Shown: positions 36,385 through 46,345 of the stretch, in pieces
How the letters are laid out: every line of letters starts with the position of its first letter
Numbering within the stretch: position 1 is the first letter of the stretch
Assembly (NCBI GenBank): GCA_030390025.1
Contig: CM059429.1
Span: 138,446,001 to 138,510,000 of the forward strand
DNA from: Squalus acanthias
Lineage: Eukaryota
Length of the DNA stretch: 64,000 nucleotides
Direction: 5' to 3'
Position numbers and translations under genes: made by a program
Notes under the pieces: model-generated
Seen by the model: the letters and a program-made list of their open reading frames with translations, nothing else
What the model was told of the DNA's origin: nothing
Databases searched by the model: none

Positions 36385-37307
36385 TTTGGGTTGGCAGGCT
36401 GTAACTAGTGGGGTACTGCAAGGATCAGTGTTTGGGCCTCAGCTATTCACAATCTATATCAATGATTTGGATGAAGGGACCAAATGTAATATATCCAAGT
36501 TTGCTGCTGATACAAAGCTAGGTGGAAATGTAAGTTGTGAGGAGGATGCAAGGAGGCTTCAAGGGGATATAGACAGGCTAAGTGAGTGGGCAAGAACATG
36601 GCAAATGGAATATAATGTGGAGAAATGTGAAGTTATCCACTTTGGTAGGAAAAATAGAAAAGCAGAGTATTTTTTAAATGGTGAGAGATTGGGAAATGTT
36701 GGTATTCAGAGGGACCTGGGTGTCCTTGTACACTAATCACAGAAAGTTAATATGCAGGTACAGCAAGCAATTAGGAAAGCAAATGGTATGTTAGCCTTTA
36801 TTACAAGAGGATTTGAGTATAAGAGTAAAGACATCTTACTGCAATTATATAGGACCCTAGTGAGACCACACCTGAAGTATTGTGTACAGTTTTGGTCTCC
36901 TTACCTAAGGAAGGATATACTTGCCATAGAGGGAGTGCAATGAAGGTTCCTGGGATTGGGGGGGGCGGGGGAGAATTGTCCGATGAGGAGAGATTGAGTA
37001 GACTAGGCCTATATTCTCTAGAGTTTAGAAGAATGAGAGGTGATCTCATTGAAACATACAAAATTCTTACAGGACTTGACAGGGTAGATGCAGGGAAGAT
37101 GTTTCCCCTGGCTGGGGAGTCTAGAACCAGGGGTCACAGAATAAGGGATTGGCCATTTAGGACTGAGATGTGAAATTTCTTCGCTCAGAGGGTAGTGAAT
37201 CTTTGGAATTCCCTACCCCAGAGGGCTGTGGAGGCTCAGTCGTTGAGTATATTCAAAAATGAGAAGTCGCACAACACCAGGTTATAGTCCAACAGATTTA
37301 TTTAATT

Positions 37308-37346
37308 TTACAAGCTTTCGGAACAGTTCGCTCCTTCGTCAGGTAA
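37308..37346 (-). ncRNA. Minimal type I hammerhead ribozyme motif (Penelope pLTR)
   Basis: Reverse complement of 39780-39818. Confidence 0.65.
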
Positions 37347-37569
37347 GTTAGCAGTGAGAGAATCTCCCAGAATTCACAATTTAAACACAGACAAAATATA
37401 TTCAAATCTTTCCCTACATCAAAGAGCAGAGCCAAGACAATGAGATGTGTCCCAGGGGGTCCAACGTGTCAAACCACCTGCTGGCTGCATATCCTGTCAA
37501 TCTGTGTAGGTTCTTGTGTTAGTCTTTTTAAAAAAAAAAACACCTGGGAAGACCGGCCATGATGTCAAG

Positions 37570-38451
37570 TCACGTTCTGTATCGTGACATGAACCCGATA
37601 TCGCGATTGAGGCCATCCTCATGAGTGCGGAACTTGGCTATCAGTTTCTGCTCTATGATTTTGCGCTGTCGTGTATCTCGAAGGCCGCCTTGGAGAACGC
37701 TTACCCGCATATCCGAGGCTGAATGCCCCTGGCTGCTGAAGTGTTCCCCGACTGGGAGGCAACCCTCCTGCCTGGCGATTGTTGCGCGGTGTCCGTTCAT
37801 ATGTTGTCTCAGTGTCTGCATGGTCTCGCCGATGTACCATGCTCTGGAGCATCCTTTACTGCAACGTATCAGGTAGACAACGTTGGCCGAGTCACATGAG
37901 TATGTACCGTGTACCTGGTGGGTAGTGTCCTCACGTGTGATGATGGTATCTGTGTCCATGATTTGGCATGTCTTGCAGAGGTTGCCGTGGCAGGGTTGTG
38001 TGGTGTCTTGGTTGCTGTTCTCCTGAAAGATGGGTAATCTGCTGCGAATGATGGTACTTTTGAGGTTAGGCGGCTGCTTGAAGGCGAGTAGTGGAGGCGT
38101 GGGGATGGCCTTAGCAAGGTGTTCGTCGTCATCGATGACATGTTGAAGGCTGCGAAGAACATGGCGTAGTTTTTCCGCTCCGGGGAAGTACTGGACGACG
38201 TAGGGTACTCTGTTGGTTGTGTCCCGTGTTCGTCTTCTGAGGAGGTCTATGCGGTTTTTCGCTGTGGCCCGTCGGAACTGTCGATCGACGAGTCGAGCGT
38301 CATATCCCGTTCTTACGAGGGCGTCTTTCAGTGTCCGTAGGTGTCCATCGCGTTCCTCCTTGTCTGAGCAGATCCTGTGTATTCGCAGGGCTTGTCCATA
38401 GGGGATGGCTTCTTTAACGTGGTTAGGGTGGAAGCTGGAGAAGTGGAGCAT
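37570..38451 (-). CDS. Penelope ORF C-terminal part (RT thumb, linker, GIY-YIG endonuclease), inverted copy, 5'-truncated
   Basis: 293-aa ORF almost identical to 38571-39557. Confidence 0.85.
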   Translation of the reverse strand: MLHFSSFHPNHVKEAIPYGQALRIHRICSDKEERDGHLRTLKDALVRTGYDARLVDRQFRRATAKNRIDLLRRRTRDTTNRVPYVVQYFPGAEKLRHVLRSLQHVIDDDEHLAKAIPTPPLLAFKQPPNLKSTIIRSRLPIFQENSNQDTTQPCHGNLCKTCQIMDTDTIITREDTTHQVHGTYSCDSANVVYLIRCSKGCSRAWYIGETMQTLRQHMNGHRATIARQEGCLPVGEHFSSQGHSASDMRVSVLQGGLRDTRQRKIIEQKLIAKFRTHEDGLNRDIGFMSRYRT

Positions 38452-38570
38452 CGTGAGGTTGTCCGTGGGCTTGCGGTAGAGTGAAGTGCTGAGGCGTCCG
38501 TCTTTGATGGATATGATGGAAAGGACTACACGATAGCATCAACAGGTTCCATCCCACCATCAAACTCACC

Positions 38571-39557
38571 ATGGACTACTCCTCAGAATCGGTTTCATTC
38601 TTGGACACACGAATCTCCATCAAAGACGGACGCCTCAGCACTTCACTCTACCGCAAGCCCACGGACAACCTCACGATGCTCCACTTCTCCAGCTTCCACC
38701 CTAACCACGTTAAAGAAGCCATCCCCTATGGACAAGCCCTGCGAATACACAGGATCTGCTCAGACGAGGAGGAACGCGATGGACACCTACGGACACTGAA
38801 AGACGCCCTCGTAAGAACGGGATATGACGCTCGACTCGTCGATCGACAGTTCCGACGGGCCACAGCGAAAAACCGCATAGACCTCCTCAGAAGACGAACA
38901 CGGGACACAACCAACAGAGTACCCTACGTCGTCCAGTACTTCCCCGGAGCGGAAAAACTACGCCATGTTCTTCGCAGCCTTCAACATGTCATCGATGACG
39001 ACGAACACCTTGCTAAGGCCATCCCCACGCCTCCACTACTCGCCTTCAAGCAGCCGCCTAACCTCAAAAGTACCATCGTTCGCAGCAGATTACCCATCTT
39101 TCAGGAGAACAGCAACCAAGACACCACACAACCCTGCCACGGCAACCTCTGCAAGACATGCCAAATCATGGACACAGATACCATCATCACACGTGAGGAC
39201 ACTACCCACCAGGTACACGGTACATACTCATGTGACTCGGCCAACGTTGTCTACCTGATACGTTGCAGTAAAGGATGCTCCAGAGCATGGTACATCGGCG
39301 AGACCATGCAGACACTGAGACAACGTATGAACGGACACCGCGCAACAATCGCCAGGCAGGAGGGTTGCCTCCCAGTCGGGGAACACTTCAGCAGCCAGGG
39401 GCATTCAGCCTCGGATATGCGGGTAAGCGTTCTCCAAGGCGGCCTTCGAGATACACGACAGCGCAAAATCATAGAGCAGAAACTGATAGCCAAGTTCCGC
39501 ACTCATGAGGATGGCCTCAATCGCGATATCGGGTTCATGTCACGATACAGAACGTGA
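38571..39557 (+). CDS. Penelope ORF C-terminal part (RT end, linker, GIY-YIG endonuclease), 5'-truncated
   Basis: FLD, LYRKPTD, SFHP..K..IPYGQALRI.RICS, Cys-rich linker, NVVYLIRC..C..YIGET..L..R..H, E at C-terminus. Confidence 0.9.
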   Translation: MDYSSESVSFLDTRISIKDGRLSTSLYRKPTDNLTMLHFSSFHPNHVKEAIPYGQALRIHRICSDEEERDGHLRTLKDALVRTGYDARLVDRQFRRATAKNRIDLLRRRTRDTTNRVPYVVQYFPGAEKLRHVLRSLQHVIDDDEHLAKAIPTPPLLAFKQPPNLKSTIVRSRLPIFQENSNQDTTQPCHGNLCKTCQIMDTDTIITREDTTHQVHGTYSCDSANVVYLIRCSKGCSRAWYIGETMQTLRQRMNGHRATIARQEGCLPVGEHFSSQGHSASDMRVSVLQGGLRDTRQRKIIEQKLIAKFRTHEDGLNRDIGFMSRYRT

Positions 39558-39779
39558 CTTGACATCATGGCCCGTCTTCCCAGGTGTTTTTTTTTTAAAA
39601 AGACTAACACAAGAACCTACACAGATTGACAGGATATGCAGCCAGCAGGTGGTTTGACACGTTGGACCCCCTGGGACACATCTCATTGTCTTGGCTCTGC
39701 TCTTTGATGTAGGGAAAGATTTGAATATATTTTGTCTGTGTTTAAATTGTGAATTCTGGGAGATTCTCTCACTGCTAAC

Positions 39780-39818
39780 TTACCTGACGAAGGAGCGAAC
39801 TGTTCCGAAAGCTTGTAA
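39780..39818 (+). ncRNA. Minimal type I hammerhead ribozyme motif (Penelope pLTR)
   Basis: TTAC-CTGACGA-A-GGAGCG/aac/TGTTCC-GAAA-GCTT-GTAA: core boxes, stem II, palindromic AAGCTT in place of stem III, stem I TTAC/GTAA. Confidence 0.68.
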
Positions 39819-40962
39819 AATTAAATAAATCTGTTGGACTATAACCTGGTGTTGTGCGACTTCTCATTTTTGTCCACCCCAGTCCAACGCCGGCATCTCC
39901 ACTGTCTTGAATATACTCATGATGTGATCAATAGATTTTTGAATATTAAGGGATATGGGGATAGTGCAGGGAAGTGGAGCTGCGGTAGAAGATCAGCCAT
40001 GATCTTATTGAATGGTGGAGAAGGCTCGAGGGGCCAAATGGCCGACTCCTGCTCCTATTTCTTATGTTCTTATGTAACTGGTAATGGGAGTGAAGTGTGT
40101 GCTATTTCTTCATTCTCAGCTGGACTAATTCAGTGAGTGTTTTACAGCATTGCAACCTTTGCAGCCAGAGAGTGTAAAGCAGCTGGTGTTATTGTTCCTC
40201 CCTGCTATAAGAAGAAAGCAGGCATGATGTAAATATTTTTGTATCTGTGACTCAATAACTTACACTATCTTGGAACCTTCTCCTAATAAATCCTGCTCTT
40301 GATCTCTCCAAGCATTAATCTTCTGAACTGTTGCTGATTGATCCAAAAATTAGTATGTATAAATCTCCATGGGGAAGAAATTTCCATCTTTATTAATTTA
40401 ATGAGAAAGTAGATGAGAATAAAAAGTGCTGTTCCTGCACTTTTACTCGCTAAAATTGATGAAGATGGGAATTTCAGCCCCCCAGGGTTTAATTTCCCCA
40501 TTTATTTTTTAACATGCTGGTTAGCATGTTAACATCACATCCCTCACTGCGCCTCACCGTTAACCTCAAATGGTTAACGCCTGCGTTAAAATAGTGCAGA
40601 CAGGAAGTTAACACAAACACACTAACCAGTGCTCCATAATAGTGCATAGAGTGATTAAACCCCTGGTTTCTTGAAAAAGTCTTCACTCATAAGATACAAA
40701 ATATATTTCATCAGATGTCTGGCTTTCAAGATATCAACAACTTTAAGTGAAAGTCTTGTTAATTAATACCCGATGCCCCAATCCTACCGGCCAGACCTAT
40801 ATCTGCTTCCTTAACCTTTGCCCCTGCCATAGCTGCAGGCTAACCCTGTTGGTGTTCTTGCTGAAAGTTCAAAATTGATGCAGACATAGCAAAATGTCTA
40901 TAATAAACGTGCCAGTTTTATGCTCCACCAGAGTTTGGGTGGATGCATGAGCTTTGTTATAT

Positions 40963-41265
40963 TGAAAAAGTGCAACATCCCCACCGACACCTGGGAATCC
41001 CTGGCCCAAGACTGCACAAAGTGGAGGAGAAGCATCCGGGAAGGCGCCGAACACCTCGAGTCTCTTCGCTGGGAGGAAGCAGAAGCCAAGTGCAAGGAGC
41101 GCACGTCAACCCAAGCACCCCACCCTCCCGCCCCTTCAACCACCGTCTGCCCCGCTTGTGACAGAGAGACTGTCGGTCCCGCATTGAACTCATCAGTCAC
41201 CTGAGAACTCATTTTTAATGTGGAAGCAAGTCATCCTCGGTTCCAAGGGACTGCCGAAGAAGATG
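40963..41265 (+). mobile_element. RTE LINE 3' end fragment
   Basis: KCNIPTDTWESLAQD..WRRSIREG..VCPACDR; same family as 60059-61883; (GAA)n tail. Confidence 0.85.
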
Positions 41266-41299
41266 ATTTACATTCTAGCTCTGTTCAGGGGTTTCTCAA

Positions 41300-41545
41300 T
41301 TGGGTAGTTGGCCAGGGCACCAGTAGGTAGCCTTGGTCCCCAGCAGCCAACTGTCCAGTCTGCCTGATGGCTTCAAATCGTGCTGTCCCAGAGGACTGCT
41401 GCAAAATGAAGGCAACGCAGCTGCTATCGGGTTAATCCGCATTCGCCTGCGTTTTACTATTCCTGTGATCTGACACCACCTGCACATTAATGGAATGAAA
41501 ACTTTTCCTATTCATAAATGCTATGGGGTTATTTTTTGGGGTATT
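41300..41545 (-). mobile_element. Degraded Harbinger transposase fragment
   Basis: FMNRKSFHSINVQVVSDH matches the [18 protein letters not shown] motif of the transposase at 9724-10677. Confidence 0.65.
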
Positions 41546-41999
41546 AATGGCTGTGTGTGTCATCAATGAGGCCCTATATTTTTTGCCAATAAAATGACAG
41601 TGAATGGACTTCAGAAAAGTAATTCCTTCACTGCGAAGCACTTTAGCACATCCTGAGGAAATGAAAGGCTCTGCATAAATACTGGTTGTTTCTTGGGAAG
41701 CCTCATGCTATAGCCTCCTTTCCACGGGCAAAGTCGTCCAAGATATTTCTCCAGGCAACAGAGCCTTCCAGGACTGGCTTAAGGCTCCTCCTTCTTCTCT
41801 GTTGGTAGAAGGGAGGGTTCTAGTGTCCGAGTACGGGGGGGCGGGGGGGAGTGGTGGCAGGAATGAGCTGCTGGGAAACCAGTCGGGAGTGTCAGTCCCT
41901 TTCTCGCTCTATTACTCACTCTTGCTTAAGCCTATTTTGTCATTAATAACAAAGAAAGACCTGTTCTTTCTCCTTATCTCATTCAAGTTACCAACTTGC

Positions 42000-43910
42000 C
42001 TATGTCCTGTCCACAAAAGCAGGACAAATCCAATCCGGCTAATTACCGCCCCATCAGCCTATTCTCAATCATCAGCAAAGTGATGGAAGGTGTCATCGAC
42101 AGTACTATTAAGCGGCACTTGCTCACCATTAACCTGCTCACTGATGCTCAGTTTGGATTCCGTCAGGACCACTCGGCTCCACACCTCATTACAGCCTTGG
42201 TCCAAAAATAGACAAGAGAGCTGAATTCCAGAGGTGAGGAGAGAGGAACTGCCCTTGACATCAAGGTAGCATTTGACTGAGTGTGGCACCAAAGAGCACA
42301 AGTAAAATTGAAGTCAATGGGGATCAGGGGGAAAACTCTCCAGTGGCTGGAGTCATACCAAGCACAAAGGAAGCTGGTTGTGGTTTGTCGTGGAGTAATT
42401 TCAAATCACTCAACACAAGTCCGAGATCGAGAGTCCAAACAGCCTTTACTCGCACCGGTGGGGAGACAGCCTGCTTGCGCCTTCATCAAGCTTCTCCGAA
42501 TTATTACAGCAGTTAGTAGATATTTATACATACAGTTTGATGTGCTATACATTGTTCCCACCTACCTTCGAGAATGATCTGCGTTATGACATCATTTTAA
42601 CTCTTATCAGCATTTGTTTACTGGCCCTTTGTCCTAGTCCCAAGAATTGTTAACTTCGTGTCTGCTTCCTGATCTACTTAATGTCCTTGGGATATTGTTG
42701 GGCCGTCTGGTTTCTAGGATGGTTACACATCTTGAGCATCCCCTTTGTCTTGCAACATTTGCATTTCTATGTTTTTGATTGTACCTTGTAGCCAGCCCAG
42801 TTACGCGATTATGTGAGGTAATGCTATGCACTGCCTCTCCTGATCATTTTTGTACAGAGCCAAATCCCCAACATGCACCCCCCACTCTACGCTAACTTTT
42901 ATGCTGCATCTTTCCCCCTTTCATGGTTGTTGGAGGCCAATCATCTCAACCCCATGACCGCTGCAAGAGTTGCTCAGGGCAGTGTCCTAGGCTCAACCAT
43001 CCTTAGCTGCTTCATCGTTGACCCTTCCTCCATCATAAGGTCAGAAGTGGGGATGTTCACTGATGATTGCAGTGTTCAGTTCCATTTACAATTGCTCACA
43101 TAATGAAGCAGTCCATGCCCGCATGCAGCAAGTCCTGGACAACATTCAGGCTTGGATTGATTAGCAAGCATCATTTGTGCCACACAAGTGCTAGGCAATG
43201 ACTATCTCCAATAAACGAGAGTCTAACCGCCTCCCCTTAATATTCAATGGCGTTGCCATTGTCTAATCTCTCGCCATCAATATCCTGGGGGTCACCATTA
43301 ACCAGAAACTTAACTGGAGCAGCCACATAAATATGGTGGCTACAAGACCAGGTCAGAGGCTGGGTATTCCGTGGCGAGTGTCTCACCTCCCGATTCCCCA
43401 AAGCTTCACCACCTACAAGGCACAAGTCAGGAGTGTGATGGAATACTCTCCACTTGCCTGGATGAGTGCAGCTTCAACAACACTCGAAGCTCAACCCCAT
43501 CTAGGGCAAAGCAGCCCGCTTGATCGGCACCCCATCCACCACCTTAAACATTCACTCCCTCCACCACCTGCACACATGGCTGCAGTGTGTACCATCTACA
43601 ACAGCACTTCCCAAATCCATGACCTCTACCACCTAGAAGGACAGGGCAGCAGGCGCATGGGAATACCATCATCTCCAAGTTCCCCTCCAAGTCACACACC
43701 ATCCTGACTTGGAAATATATCGTCGTTCTTTCATCGTCCATGGGTCAAAATCCTGGAACTCCCTCCCTAACAGCACTGTGGGAGTACCCTCACCACACGG
43801 ACTGCAGCAGTTCAAGAAGGCGGCTCACCACCACCTTCTCGAGGGCAACTAGGTATGGTCAGTAAATGCTGGCTTTGCCAGAGATGCCCACATCCCGTGA
43901 ATTAATAAGT
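42000..43910 (+). mobile_element. CR1-clade LINE fragment (LF-SINE-type tail), interrupted by a solo LTR
   Basis: NPANYRPISLFSIISKVME, QFGFR, QGSVLG, YKAQVRSVMEYSPLAW; 3' tail shared with the LF-SINE-like copies. Confidence 0.8.
42386..42923 (-). mobile_element. Solo LTR (538 bp) with 5-bp TSD
   Basis: TG...CA termini, TGGTT at 42381-42385 and 42924-42928, LINE homology resumes after it; minus strand begins TGAAAGGGGG. Confidence 0.78.
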
Positions 43911-44807
43911 AAAGAAAAACAGTCTGGGGAATGTCTCAGCAGTGTTGCCATGGCGATCTGCAGTGAAGTGCAGTGGGTTCCTAACTTGGGCTAACTCTAC
44001 AGGGCGGTTTCTTCAGAACGGATTCTCCCACCATGCTCTGCACATTGTATAAATCTTCAAAATATTCTTTCCACCGCTTGCTCCTGTTCGTCTTCAATTA
44101 TCTGACCATTTTGGTCTTTCACTGTAGCCATTTTAAGTTTGTAAGATTCACTTAGTTCTCTTAACTTCCAATACAGCCCTTGTGTTTTGTTTATTTTGGT
44201 GTAAGATAAAGGTAACTGCATTAAATCTAAATTTAACTTTAAAGTTCCAGCAACAAACAGCAAAAGAAAGTAATGTAACAAAATAATGCAGTAAGAAAAG
44301 TCAAACAAGAATCGAGTTGCAATGCTGTAGAAATCCGTCCGTTACACCTTTTAGGAATTCAAGATCTCCTCAAGCCCACAGCACTGAAGCCCAAAAGCAT
44401 CTGTTTTAAATTAGCAAGCAATGCTACAGGAGTGAGGCTCAAACCTTGTGGATTTCATTCTGGGATCACATTAAATAAAATTGCCTGCGATTAAGGGGTT
44501 TAAAAAGGCGTGTGCATGCTCTTTATGTCACCTCAAATATATGATTTAACTTGGTGACTTGCAAAGTAGGCACTCTGATTTACTTGCCTGATTCCATGAG
44601 GCAAGTATGCAGGATGTGTGGATGTGCCCTCTGAACGCACCATTGCAAAACTGGCTCTTATGTTCTGGAAAGGGGTATTTTGCTACCTTGTGGACCGATT
44701 CTATATTGTTTTCTATGTATCTGTACTATCAGTGTCTTTCCACTTCTGTGTGTTATAATACTTGTAAATAAATCTTAGTTTTAACCTATATACGTCGGCC
44801 CAACAGG

Positions 44808-45150
44808 CCCTGCCTTCTTGAACTGCTGAAGCAGTTTGATACACTGAGTGGTTCACTAGGCCACTTCGGAGGGCAGTTAAGAGTTAACCGCATTGGTGTG
44901 GGACGGGAGTCACACATAGGCCAGACCAGGTAAGTATAGGAAGTTTCCTTCCCTAAAGGACATCTGTTGAGTTTTTACGACAATTTGACAGCTTCATGGT
45001 TACTTTTACTGATATTTCCAGATTTAAAAACAAAAAACAAATTCAAATTCTCAAACTGCTATGGTGGGATTTGAATTTGCATTCTCTGAATTATTAGTCC
45101 AGGTTTCTAGATTAGTAAAGTAACATAACCACTACACTATTGTACCCTGG
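44808..45150 (-). mobile_element. LF-SINE-like element
   Basis: Homologous to 29465-29901 (gagggcagttaagagttaacc, tttccttccctaaaggacat, ggtgggatttgaa). Confidence 0.62.
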
Positions 45151-45397
45151 GTATCATAGATGTGACTAGGAGCGCCCACAATACTACTGTACTGTGATTG
45201 AAACGTGCTCTTCAGTAGATTAGCTGTACATTTGATCGCTTCTGTGCATTAAAGAGGGGCTAAATAGATTTTAGTAAAAACAATTTTGCTTGCTTTGCTA
45301 TTGTGCATTTGCATTGAATTTTAAAAAATTAATTTATATTTTGCTTTTTAATATGTTATGTATAATGTAACTTTAATAACCTGCTGTTATCTTCCAG

Positions 45398-45524
45398 GGA
45401 TCTCCATTCACTATAACAGTAACAAGTAAATTCCGTAAGCACACTGGTATATTCCACTGCTGCACATTCTGTTCCAGTGGTGGACAAAAAGATGTCCGTT
45501 GTGGCTGCAGAGGCACAATGCCTG
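45398..45524 (+). CDS. TRIM45: TRIM45 coding exon 5
   Basis: cttccag acceptor, G|gtgagt donor, 127 nt; GSPFTITVTSKFRKHTGIFHCCTFCSSGGQKDVRCGCRGTMP, characteristic of the TRIM45 C-terminus. Confidence 0.93.
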
Positions 45525-46196
45525 GTGAGTTTAATAGAACAGCTCTACCATATAATGGCCTAATAGACATTAGAATATGTCTTTTTTGGAAAAATCATAC
45601 TATGATTTAAAATTGTACTTGTCAAATTGATTTTTAAATGTATTATTGAAAGCCTTTATAACCAAGCTCACTGATCAAAATTTAACACTTAATGGACTGT
45701 AAATAAGTTATTGATTTCCAAGTTCACAAAGAGCAGCAGCATTGGCTCACTTCTCCGGCCAATCCATATAAATAACTTTCAGAAACAGTAACAGAAAAAT
45801 TAGAAACAGCTGAAATAATATTAGAAACCGAATAAGCGTTTCTTTCCCCATCTTATTTATTTTCATCGAGTGTGACCGTTTAGCGTCATCTAGCCAAAAG
45901 GAGGAGCCTTTGTAGATTTTGAAACCATTTTTAAGTGGTTCAATATGGACACAGAGATGGAATTACTTATTTCTGTATGGTGCTCCATCCAGAACACTAA
46001 GGAACAACTTGTGGACAGTGCAGTTCAGATTATAGGATTGGGCTATCTTGAGTATAAATGTTTGCCTTTTTAAAGAAGGTAAAAATGCATGTTGTGTGAT
46101 AAAGGGTATTGTTTCTGACACGGCATGACATGAAATTTGCTAGCATTACTGAGTCTACAGTATTGTGAAATTTTGCTCTTTGCCTTTAATTGGCAG

Positions 46197-46345
46197 GTGG
46201 GTATCAAGGCTGCGGACATGGACACAAAAGTCACCCTGGCCAACCGCATTGGTCCTGTTGTGGAAAGTTGACTGAAAATTCGGAATGCTCTGGAGCAATA
46301 AATGGCAACTCGTACCGGAGCCTGGTTAGGACTGTTGCTCTGTAA
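46197..46345 (+). CDS. TRIM45: TRIM45 coding exon 6 (stop)
   Basis: ggcag acceptor; GGYQGCGHGHKSHPGQPHWSCCGKLTENSECSGAINGNSYRSLVRTVAL*; joined CDS 1734 nt = 577 aa. Confidence 0.93.

Larger units (their letters stand above)
37255..39925. mobile_element. Penelope-like retroelement inserted as a large inverted duplication
   Basis: Arms about 37255-38511 and 38616-39871 are near-identical reverse complements; about 104-bp spacer; extra tail (gtccaccccagtccaacgccggcatctccac) on the right arm only. Confidence 0.93.
30405..40075 (+). mobile_element. Host CR1 LINE split into 30405-31684, 36385-37254 and 39926-40075 by nested insertions
   Basis: Sequence is collinear with the CR1 at 23950-26622 across each insertion (ggaataaacggg | ttgggttggcaggctgtaac; gagtatattcaa | gatcaatagatttttgaa). 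Confidence 0.88.
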
